Shown one piece after another: positions 36,217 through 50,597 of a stretch of 64,000 bases of DNA. Under the pieces are notes generated by a model. That model was given only the letters and a program-made list of their open reading frames with translations, was not told the origin of the DNA and ran no database searches. Within the stretch, counting starts at the first letter, position 1. Every line of letters starts with the position of its first letter. The position numbers and the translations under genes are program-made. This DNA is from Girardia tigrina (taxonomy: Eukaryota), in the NCBI GenBank assembly GCA_001938485.1, contig MQRK01188858.1, forward strand, positions 1 through 64,000. Reading direction: 5' to 3'.

Positions 36217-38137
36217 TATATATAATATATTGTTTTAAGAAGTAGGAAAATTCAATAATTTTTGTTTTTATTACCAGGGTTTTGGGTAATAACGAAGTCC
36301 GAGGAATAAGTTTCCATCTGTATCTCAGATTTTGAATACATTTCCGTTTCCCTATAGTTTCTTTCACAGAGAACTAGATGTCTAACACATTTGAGGGTAT
36401 TTATTTTAGTTTGATCAGTAAAGTAAGTATTTCGCATGCTTTTTTTCAAATAAAACAACCTTTTTTGGTATATTTTTCATATCAGCTGTAGTTCTTAAAA
36501 TAAATAATATCTTCGTTAAAATACACGAGCTCGCATAACAGAACATTGTTCTATAAATTTTCTTTTGCTATCTTCATATGCCACAGTTTTTTTTTTAATT
36601 TATTTCAGCAATATTTTAGATTAAATTACAAATTATTGTATCAAACAATTTTTCTATTTTTTTAAAATTATAATATAATTTTTGAAGAAGATGCAATTAA
36701 CAATAAATTTATAAACAGAATGTTTTTATTGCTTAATGTATTTGCAATTATTATTCACTTTTTATATTTATACATCAATATTGATAATCTATCTTCCACT
36801 CAAGAGATCCATTTCATTCAGTCATTGCAAGATCCCTATAAAGAGAACATATTCTAAACAATTCTGGCGTATTTTTAAAAGAATGTTTTGAAATAATTTA
36901 ATAAGTCCTACTGGTTTCCCTATTATATTTCTGTGAGACAATAAATATTGTATCTAAGTAAAGAAAACAGATGAATATTAATGGGAAAATTGAATATTAT
37001 ACACAGGAAGTATATTGAAATTAATATTCAAATTAATTTTAAAATGAAATTTTTTAATTAAATATAAAATAAGCTTTGTGTATTTAAATTCTTAGAAGTT
37101 CTTAGTTAATTTTTAGCAAGTGTCATTGGTATTAATCTATTTGTTGAGTTCTTTTGAACAAATTTGAGTTAAATTATTTGTAATAAAAGCCATATTATTG
37201 TTAATACTAGTCCAAAAAGTAATTCGTAAGTGTCCGTGTAATCATCTCTAACATTACACGATTTGCTTTGATTTCGATTAACGCAAACGTGATGGGCATA
37301 CGTGTTTAGTTTATTTTCCCATTATAAAAACTACATTAGGTTATGTGTGAATTTTGTAGAAAAGGAATCGATTTTAACATGCATAAAATACGGTTTTTAA
37401 GGTATTATTTCAGTATCAATACAGACTTATATTTATATACCTTATTTTTAGACTATAATGTTCACATACAATCCTTATATTTGTTAATAAATCGGCATTG
37501 TGCCTTATATTCTGGTGTGTGATCGGTGGTTCTTTTATTTAATTTTTAATATGATCTTTTATCTCATTTTTAATCGGGTTAATAATTTATTCATCGATTG
37601 TTTCTATTCTGTCCGATCCCCAGGTTTCCTTGAAGATCGGATGGTGGTAGCAGAGGTGCGCACAAAAACCATGAGCTTGGTATCGACGTGATAAGCTCAT
37701 TTTCTTTTTCGAGGATTTGAGTTCGTATAAATGGCTTTCATACTTAATTTGATATAAAATGTTCAAAAGGAAGTCTTTTTAAATTCGTTTAATCTTTTAT
37801 TTTCAAATTCAAAACTCACAAATAAAATAAATTTAATACTAATGAAGATAAAAATTCATCATCATTTAAAGAGGCTAATTTCCCGTTTACTAATTTTACT
37901 AATTTTAACAAATCGCGAACCATTTAAAACTTTTTTTCCATTTTATTAATAAAATCATAACTATTCATTTCAACAAATTCATCACCTTTATCAAATTTAC
38001 ATATCTTTACGTTCTTTCTTGAAAGATTTTTAAAAAAATTAAAAAATTTTATTATTTTGTTTTTTATTTTTTTCCAAAAATAAATTTGTAATATTATTTA
38101 ACACATGTTTTAAAGAATCAAAATCCACGCTTTAAAG

Positions 38138-40365
38138 TAGGGCTTCCCAACTGGGTCTAGGTGGACTCCCAGGGGTCCACAACGTGATTAAGTAAATTAA
38201 TTTTGATTAAGCAAAATTATGAATTACATTTATAAAGTGTTATTCAAAAATTCAGGAATTGAAAAAGTCAATGATTTAAAACGTTTCTAACAAGTTTCCA
38301 TCTCTAATAAATAAAATTGTATCAACCATAAAATAATAAAAAATATTATTGTTTAAATAAATAACTTTGTAATACTTTTTAAATACCCAATTTTGATATA
38401 AGTAAAAGCAATAAAAAATGTAGGAAATATGATCCCTCGTACATTCAATATGGAGTATTTGCCAGCCAAAATAATCCGTTATTACCACAGTGTCTCATTT
38501 GCTGAACCCAATTGACAAATGAATCGATGAAACCTGCCAAATTATCATTACATCTCAATAAATACCATCCTTTATTGGCCAAAAAATCAAAAGAATATGT
38601 CCAGGCGATTAGTGCAAGTGCCATTCTTCATCGTCAAAACTGAAAAGCTTTCTCATCAAACGCAATAGCGTTTCTAGGCTCACCGCGTCTTATAATATTG
38701 CATTTTTGATTGCTAAACAAGGTCGGCCACATACCATTGCTGAGGATCTCATCAAGTTTGCTATCATGGAAGCGTATAAAGTAGCTAATGTTTCCAATTC
38801 AAATTCTATTATTAGCAGCATACCTCTATCCAATAATACTATTTTGTCTCGCATTATTGATATGGCAGATGATGTCAAATCTATCCTTATTGAAGACTTG
38901 CGAAACAGCAGATTTTCATTAACTATTGATGAAAGCACCTTTGTAAATCAGTCTGTACTTCTTGTTTTTGTGCGCTATGTCAAGAATTCTGAAATACGTG
39001 AGAAGCTGCTCTTTATGAAAACTCTCATTAATACTTACAGGGGAACAAGTGTTCAACGTTGTAAACAACTTTCTACAGGCAAATGATATAAGCATGGATA
39101 ACATAATTTCCATTTGCACAGATGGTGCGCCGTCAATGATCGGCAAAAAGAAAGGATTTGTATCCAGATTTATTCAAGACAGAACCTTACACTATTCACT
39201 GTGTTTTACATCGTGAAAATTTGGTTGCAAAAAATATCGGTAACCGTGATCTTATTGCTGTTCTTCAAACCGTTGTTCCATGTTTCAATAAAATAAGAAC
39301 CCTGGCTCTTCAAGACCTACTTTTTCAGGATGCTTGCCGTGATGAAAATTTTCATCGACTAGTTTACTCAACAGATGTGCGTTGGCTTTCAATGGGTAAC
39401 TGTCTCACCAGATTTTTCCTACGGTTTTACAATATTTCTGAACTTTTGCAGAACAGGTACCCTATTCTGAACAACTCACTTATTTATAATAAGATGATTA
39501 TATTGTACTTGGAAGAAATATTTCGGAAACTCAATGAACTCAATTTATCATTGCAAAACCCAGGATATAAACATTGTGTGTGCTAAACAAATTATAAAAG
39601 CATTCATGAATAAGTTGGTACTTTTGAAAATAAAAGCTGAGAAAAATAACTTTTGTCATTTTTCCAGTTTAGACTGTAAAGAAATTGATAGCGATTTATA
39701 ATCAATCATTGTGGGTCATTTGTCTTTCTTGTATGATAACTTCCAAACTCGTTTTGAGGATCTTCTGCAGCTTAATATACCACCTTTTGCCGATTTGCTT
39801 CATACCATGACAATGGAGGATGTTATGGGTCAACCAGAATGCATTCAGAATGAACTTTGCGAGGTTATCGCGGATGAGCACATGATTCAGGTCTCTAAGA
39901 AAATTGGATCAAGGCATGGCTGCAAAACTCGGCCAAATATCAAATCTTGTTTGAAAAGGTAGAACCCTTTATAATTAATTTACCGACGTCCAATTTGACT
40001 GAGAAAGTCTTTTCAATTTTGCTTCATTCATTCGCAAAACAATGAAGGAGCTTTCACTTGAATGATAATGCAGAGATGAGGCTCCGTCTAAGTAACTTGC
40101 AATTACGAATTTCTGCTCTTGTAAGTAATAAACAGTCACAAGGCTCTCACTAATAATTTTGTCTATAAGACAGCTTGATCAATTCGAATAAAATTTTTTG
40201 TTGAATTAATGTGCTTAATAAAAATGAATAAAGTTTTTGTTTTTTTATATTTTTTATTTTTAGAAATTAAATGCATAAACACTAAAAATCTTACCTAAAT
40301 CATTACCTAAATCATTTGTCCATAGCGAAAAAAGTTTTGTTTGGGAAAAAGGTTGGGAAGCCCTG
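38138..40365 (+). mobile_element. hAT Buster-family transposon, full length but decayed
   Basis: TIR tagggcttcccaac / gttgggaagccctg; 8-bp TSD ctttaaag / ttttaaag; IAKQGRPHTIAEDLI, FSLTIDEST, CTDGAPSM, IHCVLHRENL, DVRWLS and terminal KQSQGSH*. Confidence 0.95.
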
Positions 40366-40535
40366 TTTTAAAGTAGTATACAGTACTAATATTCCCAACA
40401 AAAATTTAAAAAAACTAAATTTTAAGATAAAATAATTATTTAAGAATGATTTTTTTTAATATGATTACAATTACTTGTTGTTTCGTAATAATAATAATTG
40501 ATAAAAATTTTAAATTAATGGAAAAATTGTTTTAA

Positions 40536-40807
40536 CACTAGGTTTACTGGACGCGTCATTTTGACGCATTTCGATTTTTTTAGTAAAATTACAGAAAACC
40601 TTCTCATTTTTATTTTATCTCTTGTGCTGACTTTTATCAGTTTTTTTTTCTATAAATGTATATCTCATATTTTCATTTTTTACTTATTGTGTATAATTAT
40701 ATTGCTTTATAAGAGATTGTTTTTTCTTTACATATATGTTTCGGTCATGCGTCAAATTGACGCGTGCCGTAGAGATAGGTATATAAAAAATCTCCGTAAA
40801 CCTAGTG
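40536..40807. mobile_element. TTAA-flanked piggyBac-like MITE
   Basis: TTAA-cactaggtttac ... gtaaacctagtg-TTAA with internal inverted repeats acgcgtcattttgacgcat / atgcgtcaaattgacgcgt. Confidence 0.85.
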
Positions 40808-40919
40808 TTAATAATGAAATAAATGTAAATAGTTTAAGATCAGTCGATAATACACAATGGACTAATTTTTATATATAAAGAAAATAACGTTTTAATAGTA
40901 AAATTTGGGAATGAGGCAC

Positions 40920-41630
40920 GAAAAGACTTTATTATAGTCAATGTTGAATTGTTAATAAGATGTATTCTGTCCTTTATTTTGTCTAATGGATAATAGTCCT
41001 CTATGTCATTTCTTTTTTTACAGATTCGCCATAATATAATTCGTCAATATTGATAATATTCCGACTTAAAACTCTTTTCTTTGATTCAACCCATATATTT
41101 TCCATCAAATTTAAATTAGGTGATTGTGATTGCCAATCAGTTATAACAGATTTCATTTTTTGATAAAATGTTTTCTGTACTCTTCAATCAATGACACGGA
41201 GCACCATCATGTTGAAATATCTAATCGCTTTTTTAAAATGGCATTAATCATTCATTCAAAACACATTGAGATTTAACTGAATCGGCATTATGCAAAAAAA
41301 CGAATTAACATTATTTCACAATTTACCTTAATGGATCTCTGTACCATTATACTTTTGCCACCATGTTTGACGATTTTTATAGTATATGGCCGGCTTTGTC
41401 GTTGTTCAAGTATTCTTCCTACATAAAGCCGTTTTTTGGATTTAATTAGTACTACATTCATATGAAAAATTACTTTGGTTTGTGGACTAATAAACAGTGG
41501 TCCAGCTTTTTCTTTTCTTCCGTTTGACATATTTGAAGAGATTTCACGACTCATCTCCAGTAACGATTTTATACCGTAACATTATTTAATCGTCTCATTG
41601 TAGCAAATTGGTACAAAACAATTTACATTG
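40920..41630 (-). mobile_element. Tc1 transposase remnant
   Basis: IVKHGGKSIMV, QHDGAPCH, DWQSQSPNLNLMENIW. Confidence 0.8.
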
Positions 41631-41639
41631 TCTGCGTTT

Positions 41640-42083
41640 TTGTTGTCAGAAAGTTCATCAAGGGACCCATCAAGCCGATTTCCATACTTAAACAAGTTTT
41701 TTTAGACGACGAACGATGATCGAATTGTTTAAATATAAGTCTTCGGCCAACATTCGCGATGTCAGTTTTTATCCTTTTCTGGCGGTGTCAAAAGTAGCTG
41801 ACCTTCGAAATTCGATATAATGCCTCTTTCTTTATCTGTAATGTCTGTATCGTATAACCAATCTTTCAATGTGGATTCTGTTGATTGTTCCTTCATCCAA
41901 ACGTTCTTTGAGATTGCGAAATGATTATGTCGTATTCCAACTTTTTTCATTGAACAGCACAATATGCCGAATAGGATTTTCAGTAACTTCAAAAAGAGCC
42001 GTATTTTCAGTAAAAAAATAAATAAAATGTCAATTTTAAAAGCAAAAATCGCTCAAAAAATCGCAATAATTATGCGCCAACAT
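41640..42083 (-). mobile_element. mariner N-terminal remnant abutting the Tc1 remnant
   Basis: IRHIVLF...SFRNLKE..EGTI...LTSRMLAED...IVRRLKKL.*VWK..*WVP; TIR-like cgcaataattatgcgccaacata. Confidence 0.65.
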
Positions 42084-43430
42084 ACAAGTTTGTATGGACA
42101 GTAATAAATGCATAATTACATTGAAGAAAATCGAAATTTTTTTTCCGTATATTTTGTCATATAAATTACTTATTACTTGATTCAATCTAATCATTAAGTC
42201 TCTTCGGGTCTCTGCTTAATTTTCAATATCAAATTTGTATCATAAAACTTTACTGAACTAGCTTAAGTGGTTCATAAAAACAATAATTAAGTTTAAAGTA
42301 ATTTAAGTTCTCATATGGTTAACTTTTATGCTCATAAAAGATTCAATTATATAACTATATATTTAAATGAGAGCAACCACTAGTAAGATTCCTTATATTT
42401 TTTATGATTTATCCACAAATCTTATTTTCAGTCAGTATTTTAAGCGAATCATGTATATTCTCTTTGGTCGTTAAACTATTCGTTTGTTTTCTGTGCTAGG
42501 AAAATATTTCTGTAAATCTCATTATTTCAAGTTTAAAATACTTCGAAACTTTTAATTTCCAGTAACTGGTTGTTTCTAATGAAAAACTTAAAATATAATT
42601 ATATATTGATAAATAGATAAATATAGTCTTTCCTATAAAAAATAATATTATTTACTTCTGGAATGTTTTTACTACATTCAACACAAAAACATTTGCCACT
42701 TATCATATGGCAAAAATAGAAAACTTTTTATGGCATAAATAATAATAAATAAAATATAATTTTTGCTAATATCTAAATTAAAATATTTATATTAAAATCT
42801 ATTAACATTTATACTAATAATAACGATTATATAATAATAAATAGAACTATCTAATTGTTTTACATTTTATTTATTTTTTATAAATAATTTTTTTAATGAT
42901 TTGAGAGATGCTTCTTAAACAGTAAATTCTAATGTTAATATTATCATCATATTTATTGATATTAGCAAAAAAAATAACTTGATCCAATAATTATTTCTTT
43001 GACTTCATTCAAATGAAAATCTTATCAAATTTCGATCAGTTAAACTATGTTTGCTCAGTTTGTTTGCCGTTCTTTCTACGCTTCTGCCAATCCATAGGTT
43101 TCAATGTAAACAGATACTCAACGATAAAAACATTAACAAAATTTATGTGAATGAACACATTCTATCCAGCATTGTTTCTATATGCTTAATAAAATATCAT
43201 TTATTTATTGGTTTTATTAATTTAAATTTGTTTTCGTCTGGAATTTATTTGACGTTTTATGGTTCAATTTATGCCACAAAGAATAATTATAAATAAATTA
43301 ATTAATTTTTTATTATTTCGTTTATATAATGTCGCTTTAATTGTTTTTTTTTCGATAATGAAATATTATTTATTTCGTGTTTTTAAGAAATATTGTTATT
43401 TTATTTAGAATAAATAAATAAAAATAAATA

Positions 43431-43950
43431 CTGTATTTCCTCGAATTAACGGTGTCCTTAAATAGTTGACCTTTTTAAGTAAACGATAGTCTCAATTAGT
43501 CGGTGTAATTAGTTTAATATTTTTTTAAGAAATTTAAATAATAAATTTAGTTTAATAAATTTAATTTAAATAAATTGTGAAAAATCTAAAATATTATTAT
43601 TTTTTAATTATTAAACAATTTATTTGATTAAAATTTCGATTTCATAATCAGTTTATGTCATTATAACACATTCATTAATATTTATATTTGCGTCATCATT
43701 TGTACTTAATTCCTCATCGTTTAGCAGGTCGTTTGATTTAAAAAAAAGTGAACCTTAATAAAATTGAATAAAGTAATTCAACATACTTTAATCGAGATCA
43801 AATTGACATCATTTGGTACCTGACACAAATTTAACACATTCACCCATTTGATATTTAATAGGGTGCCATTAATATTCCTTGTGAGGAATATTTTCGAATG
43901 GTGTTTATTGTATGTTGTGTTTGGTATGTTATTTTTAAGATTTTGTTTCT
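43431..43950 (-). mobile_element. pogo-family 3' end remnant, related to the element at 61210-62663
   Basis: ta|ctgtatttcctcgaattaacgg TIR; 43720-43890 aligns visibly with 61440-61610. Confidence 0.7.
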
Positions 43951-44074
43951 CCCACCCAGATGGAAAATTGATATTTTAAATGTTTTGACCTGTCGGATTA
44001 TTCGGAAAATGTCAAAATGTAAATAACAACTTTAAAATTAAATTATTATATTTTAATCAATAAATATATAATAA

Positions 44075-44495
44075 CTAGCCTGAACCCGTTTCGCCAGGTC
44101 TGGCGAATTCTTTTGTTAACCAAATCCATTATTATTTTATTATCCATTATTACATGATCTTATTACATTTTTATTATTACATTTTTATTACATTTTTTAT
44201 TACATTCTTATCTTTTTTATCTTATAAAAGCCCAAGTCACTCACTGCCTGCCTCACTGCCTCACTAACGCTGTAAGGTAAATTTTTGAAATGATTTTATA
44301 ATCAATAAAGAAATGATTGTATATTTATCTAATANNNNNNNNNNNNNNNNNNNNNNNNNNNNNNNNNNNNNNNNNNNNNNNNNNAATATACAATCATTTC
44401 TTTATTGATTATAAAATCATTTCAAAAATTTACCTTACAGCGTTAGTGAGGCAGTGAGGCAGGCAGTGAGTGACTTGGGCTTTTATAAGATAAGA
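44075..44495 (-). mobile_element. Non-autonomous Helitron with an inverted copy of its 5' end around an N gap
   Basis: A|TC start tcttatcttataaaagcccaagtcactcactgcc; hairpin ttcgccag-gt-ctggcgaa about 12 nt from CTAG|T; 44217-44326 is the reverse complement of 44385-44493. Confidence 0.75.
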
Positions 44496-46335
44496 TATTT
44501 TAATCATAATTAATATTTTTGACAACAATTAAAAATTATTTTGCAATTTAAATTGTAAATTAAATTGTAATTTAAATTTGTTTGAATTATAAGAGGTTTA
44601 GAAATAAAATTAAAATTTATCAATCAAGAACGATGACTAGCTACAAAAGTTATTATTGAGAATGGTCCTGGAGGCAATTCGAGTTGTCATAGCAGTAAAT
44701 GTATTGAAAATCATTTTAGTGTAATTAATATTACTGATTCTATAATATTTGAGCAGGTTCTTTACTTTTCATACAGTTTAGATATTTTTCTTCCAAATTA
44801 TAGATTCAACAGTTTATCCTACCAAATTTTAAACGCTTTTGTTAAAAAATGTTTGCAGAATTGATAAAAGAATTGTTTAAACAAAATTTGTATCATTGAA
44901 TTGTTACTTCTATTTACTCAACTTAAAATGAACAAATCTCAATACCAAACCAACAAATATTAAATATCCTTTTGATTAAAATCACTGATTTTATTCAAAT
45001 AACCAGTGTCAACGGATAGTCGAATAGTCCAGTATAAATGTGTTAAATAAGATCTTATCCTCTGTGAAAATATTCCACAAGACCTTGCTCATATACTGCT
45101 TCATAGATAATTCGATAAATTTTCATTATTTATCCAGAGAAATCATAATTACTATATAATACATTCGAAATCTTCAGTCGTACATGCACACTTCCCACGA
45201 TGATGTTTCAAGCTGTGGATAGTATTCGAATGCTGATTCTTTGATCCTCATATACTATTTTCAGCTTTTTTGTTAATTGGCCTTCTTTTTCTTTATCAAA
45301 ACCTGATGTTCGACAAATAATGAATGCATTTATCAGGTTCTTCCCAATCGATAAAGATGAATATACTTTTTGTTAGAAATTTGGTAAGCTCTTAAATTTT
45401 TTGAATTTTTTAGAAAAATGTTACATGTCTTAAAATGATAATTCATTAAATTTTATAATTGTACGATTTAAAATATTTATTTAAAATTAGAGTTTAAAAA
45501 GTATTGTTGAAAACATTTACATTAGTTATAAATGAAATAAGTGGAAATTATTTAAAAAAAGATATTTTAAGATAATGAATTAAATACTTTTGAAATGAAA
45601 CTAAAGAGATGATATTTAAACAGAATTAACAGTTTCAAAAATTAAATACACAATGAAAAGTAAGTCATTTATGAAGGTATAAAATTAAAAACAGAAGAAA
45701 ATATTCAAAATAAATGTTTAAATGTGTTTAATTTAAAAATTATAATATCAAAAGAAATCAAAAGAAATCTTATATTAAATATTAAAAATAGTTTAAAATA
45801 TGTATACAACATTTTTAAAAATAAGATTTAACGTTTAATTACAAAATTTAACAAAATAAGAAATTGTGAAAATTAATTCTTATACACAATTTATTTTTAA
45901 TAATTAAAATTTATATCGTTATTTATATTTAGCAATTTTACATGTGGTTTATGCAAAAAAAATAGGGAAACATCGTTCCTCATAAATTTGCTTGAAAATA
46001 GTTAATTATTATATTAAGAAATATTTGGTATCATGAACTCAATCGTTGATCACAAACCCAATAATTATTATAAGTAGACTTAAATAACTCGTTGTTTATA
46101 TTTGTTTGTTTTCTTTTGAACAATTAAGACTTTTTCACACTTCGATATTCCATCATTGAAATTTTAACTTTGACTATTTTTCAAACCGCTAAAATTGTAT
46201 GGCTAAGCGTAAATTAATAAGAACTAAATTATTATTTTTAATTCTTTAATAAACCAGTGGCTTGTTGGATGTAGTAATGATATAGAAAAATAAGAAAATT
46301 AAACAAATAGATATATTAAAAAATATTTACTATTA

Positions 46336-46680
46336 CCGTATTTTTCGTACTGAGTCGATTTTACTAAAAGCGGTTTATTTTTTGTAAAATCCATATATAA
46401 ATGGATTCTGAGTATAAGTCGACCTCTAAGCGACTGAACCATATATCGATTGTTCATTAGGATTTAAGCACATGATGGATAACGGTTATTGTTTTAATAA
46501 ATCGACGACGACGGGGGCTCTATATCGAACACGCGGCAGTTTCCGGAAAACTATCTCAAGCATTTTTGAACATACAGGAGGACTGCCGACAAGTAAAATC
46601 CTTATATAAGTCAATGTGGAGTATAAGTCGAGGGTCGCCATTTTTATGTAAAAATGTCGATTTTTAGTCCAAAAATACGG
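46336..46680. mobile_element. pogo/Tigger-like MITE
   Basis: ta|ccgtatttttcgtact ... agtccaaaaatacgg|ta with repeated gtataagtcga subterminal motifs. Confidence 0.75.
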
Positions 46681-47159
46681 TAATTATTTTTTGTTTTTCT
46701 TGGTTCCAATTATTTGATAATCTTTTAAAGTAAAAAAACGATCAGGCTATTATCATTTGTTTCTTTTATTGTTTTTTTTAATTCTTTCAAATTCTTAAAA
46801 ATCTTTGATATATGTATATAGAGTTCTTCTTAAGGTTTCCAGGTTGGTGTAACCTAAGAAAATGGGGGTGTACAATATAACATATTTATTTTTACTCAAA
46901 AATTGTTACATCACAAATGCACACTGGATTTAAAGGTTGAAGAACAAAAGAATGTCTTATACTTATTAAATAAGTATACAATTATAAATTATCTTGTCTA
47001 GGAGCGTGTATGTGCTAGAGGGAGAAAGAGTAGGTGGAATATTAGTGTGTGTATTTTTATTGAATCCATGCTTTATCTATAAATAGCTAAATTTTTGGAT
47101 GTGCATCTACAAAAGTTTGGTGTACATTGTACACCCAAAATAACCTTAAAATACCCTAT

Positions 47160-47193
<34 letters not shown>

Positions 47194-50100
47194 ATATACT
47201 AATTTCTCCAATAATTTCAAAGACTTTATATTTTAAAATGTGGTGCAAAGTTACAATATCATAATTGTCTAAATAGTATATCAAATATTGAATTTATATT
47301 CCTTTATTTTTGTTAAATCTATAACATGTTTTAACTCATCTTTCGAAGTTAAATTTTGATTTCATGTCTTTTTAAATAGACAATTTAGGAATTTTTCAAT
47401 TAAAAATTATTATAAATCTATTATTCAAGTAATTGTATAAATAGAAAAATGATCTTCAATAAAAATACTTTTTTTCAATAATTTTATTGAAATAAAATTG
47501 CTAATTTGAATAATTTTTATCTGAAATAATGCTTTAAATAGCAATTTTAATGTTTATTTATATATTTTAATATAAATTTACATCACACGAAAAATATTCT
47601 TTTCTTAAAAAAAACTAAAGTAATTTTGAATAATACAACGTATTAATTTTGTCGGAGAAAATAGCGATTTGTTTTTGTTGTTCGATTATTTGTACACAAA
47701 GTAATGTAAAAAAGTATGTTATTATTAATACATTATTATTATTGAAAAGTATATTTTATTAGTGATCATCAATACTTTTTAAATACGCACCGAAGATAAA
47801 ATTTGTTTTGTACAAAAGTATAGAATATTCACACAAAAATATGTAACAAATTTTAACAATATATTCAATGAACAATTTTTATAACAGTTATATAATTAAT
47901 TTATCGTTATTCTTTTTAGTATTTTATAACAATTGACAAACAAATATTCTAACTACAAATGTTACTTTAATTTTTGTTAAATTCGTAAAAATTTATATCT
48001 TATTTATTGTTATATTTCTTTTCGAAGATTTTTAAAACACAATAAAAAATATTTATGATTTTGATCTTTTTCATCTTATTAAGTAATGTTTTACAATTAT
48101 GCTACTTTAAAGGAAGAAATAATTTGGAACTTTAAAATAATTAAAAAATCATAACATATTTTTTTTAAATTTTGCAATTATTTTTACAATAATTTTAAAA
48201 GTAAAAATATTATTTAATTTATTAATAATTTTAGTTTTGATTTATTTTACATAAAAAAACTAAAAATAAAGAAATTTTTTTTAAAAAATCGAAAAAATAA
48301 ATATAATAATGGGTATTAAAAGTTAGCTATTTCTGATGTAGGAATTTTTTATTTATGCTGGATTTCATGTGTCATAACTCAGAAATTTTAGCTCGATAAT
48401 TGCTTTTCCTTGATCGCTTACAATTGTTTGCAACGAGTGCTGTCTACTCTCTTGCTCCTCAAAGCTCCAGTGCTTTTCTTAGTTCTTCTTCCCCTCCTCT
48501 TTATGCTATTTCCAATTCTACTCAGAAAATGTGCCCTAATCCAGTAAAACTATTTGTAAAAATATGTTTAATAAACTTTTAGTTAAAAATTAAAATTAAT
48601 AAAATAATTCTTTATTATTTAATTATTTAGTTTTAATAAATTATTTTAGAAAATTAAAAAATAATAAAAATCAGATAATAATATTAATTAATTCTATTTT
48701 TACTTAAATATTTAAAATTATTTCTCTCTTTTGATTGGTTCTTTATTTATGTTCTTTTAATGATTTCTTAAAATCTTTATTAATGTTTATTAGAATTAAT
48801 TTATAGAATTCATTATTTTCTATTTAACTACAATTTATTTAGATTAATTTAAATTAATTTAAATCGATTTTAATTGAGCCGATCAAAAGAAGACAATGAA
48901 CGATCTTTATGAAGAACTATGTTTTTTAATTTCACTTATTAGAAAATCAATCTTTATTTAATATAATTATTTATGAAAATTTATAATGATAAAATAAATA
49001 ATATAAAACAAATGAAGTTCTATTTATAAACTTTTTATTTATAATATCGGAATAAAAAATGATTTTTAAAATAACATAAAAATGTTGTAAGAAATATAAA
49101 TAAACATTGCAAATTAACAATGTGTACTGTGTGAATTGAGAACAATTTAATTATAAAGTATAAAAATAAATCAATAATATGTTTGATTAATAAATGCATT
49201 GCATTAATATTAAAGATTTATTAAAATTATCATAATTACGTAATTGAGAACAATTATTTCAAAACAATGCACAATTCTGTTCTTTATTAAACGCACACAC
49301 AAACACACATACCAATACACACAGTCAAAATACTGTAACAAATGTTCAATAGTATTATTTATTTTATTTATTAATTAATTGTTAATTAATTAATTACTCA
49401 TTTTTTTAAGTATTATTAATAATTATTTCTTCATATAAATTTTTTTAGTATATTTATTTTTTTACTTTGTATATCAAATTTTAATATTGTTTTCGTTATA
49501 TTTAAACAAATCAATATTTATTGATTGTTCTTTTTTAAAAAGGAACTAGTTTGTTTTTAATGAAATATTTACAATTCAATTAACCTCAATGGGTCAGTTG
49601 TGTTGAATATTATTTTTATGTAATTTTAATCGACATTCAATATAAATTTTATGTATTTTCTATTGAAAAAAAATGTTGAGAATTTATTTTTAGTAAAATT
49701 ATAGAAGTAATTTTTTTAATAATATTAATCTGTAATATTTTGATACTACTTATGGCGATATATTAACAGAAATGTTTAATTAAAGTTATGATTGACAACA
49801 AAATATATCTTTTTAATCAAGTTTGTATGTTAATTGAGTCAATTAAAGAAAAAAATTTCAAATAGTACTATAAGTATGTATAACAATGGCTTGTTACTAC
49901 CTTATTAAGGTGTAGGACCTACAATGTAGGTAGTTGTCGAATTATCATTTTTTTAAATATTGAACACGGCAGTAAAATAAAAAAATGAGTGACTTTTAAA
50001 CAATAATATAATAAGAAGGGCGTATTAAAATTTATAACAAATGACTCTTGAAGGTTGTTGTTACAGTATAAAGGGTTAAGTTAAAATAACTTCCGTTTTT

Positions 50101-50231
50101 CTGAGTTAAAGAAATAAATTATTTTTTTTAATAGTTAAATTATTATTAATTCCCTTTGAAACAAAAAGTTAGTAATTGACCGAAACAATTATTAAGAAAA
50201 GGAGAATACTAAATTTATATTAATATATATT

Positions 50232-50597
50232 TTTGGTTCATCCCACATCACCAGTTCTGCTTAGCAAAAATGGTCCACTATGCATTTGTATTCGATGTAA
50301 ACCTCCTGTAACATATTAGACAGATGCACACTTAGAACACATTTAAAGTTTGAAAATAAGTTAAGAATATTTCACCCCAAATATTTCTAATCATTTAATT
50401 TATGAGGTCAAACAACGGAAGTAGAATATAAACGCCAGTTATCCTGGGGAAAACTTCAGAAGAAATCAGCTACTAGTTTGATGAGTCTTTCGCTCCTTAT
50501 ATTTAAGTCTGACGATCGATTTGCTCGTCAGAACCGCAGTTGTCTTCCATCAAAAATTCTTCTGACTTCAGCCTGTGATTCACTATCTTTCAGGTTT
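50232..50597 (-). pseudogene. Dispersed degenerate 28S (LSU) rRNA fragment
   Basis: Plus strand matches the reverse complement of conserved LSU blocks: ggttcatccc.catc.ccagttctgctta.caaaaatgg, catttaaagtttga.aata, cagctactag, gacgatcgatttgc.cgtcagaa; many substitutions and deletions. Confidence 0.9.

Noticed and set aside
34733-36458. Host gene split by the mariner at 34949-36216
   Set aside because: The reconstructed empty site does not give a continuous frame or a recognisable motif.
46830-47150. Possible TTAA-flanked Kolobok-like MITE
   Set aside because: Terminal match is only about 4 bp plus scattered gtgtaca motifs; insufficient.
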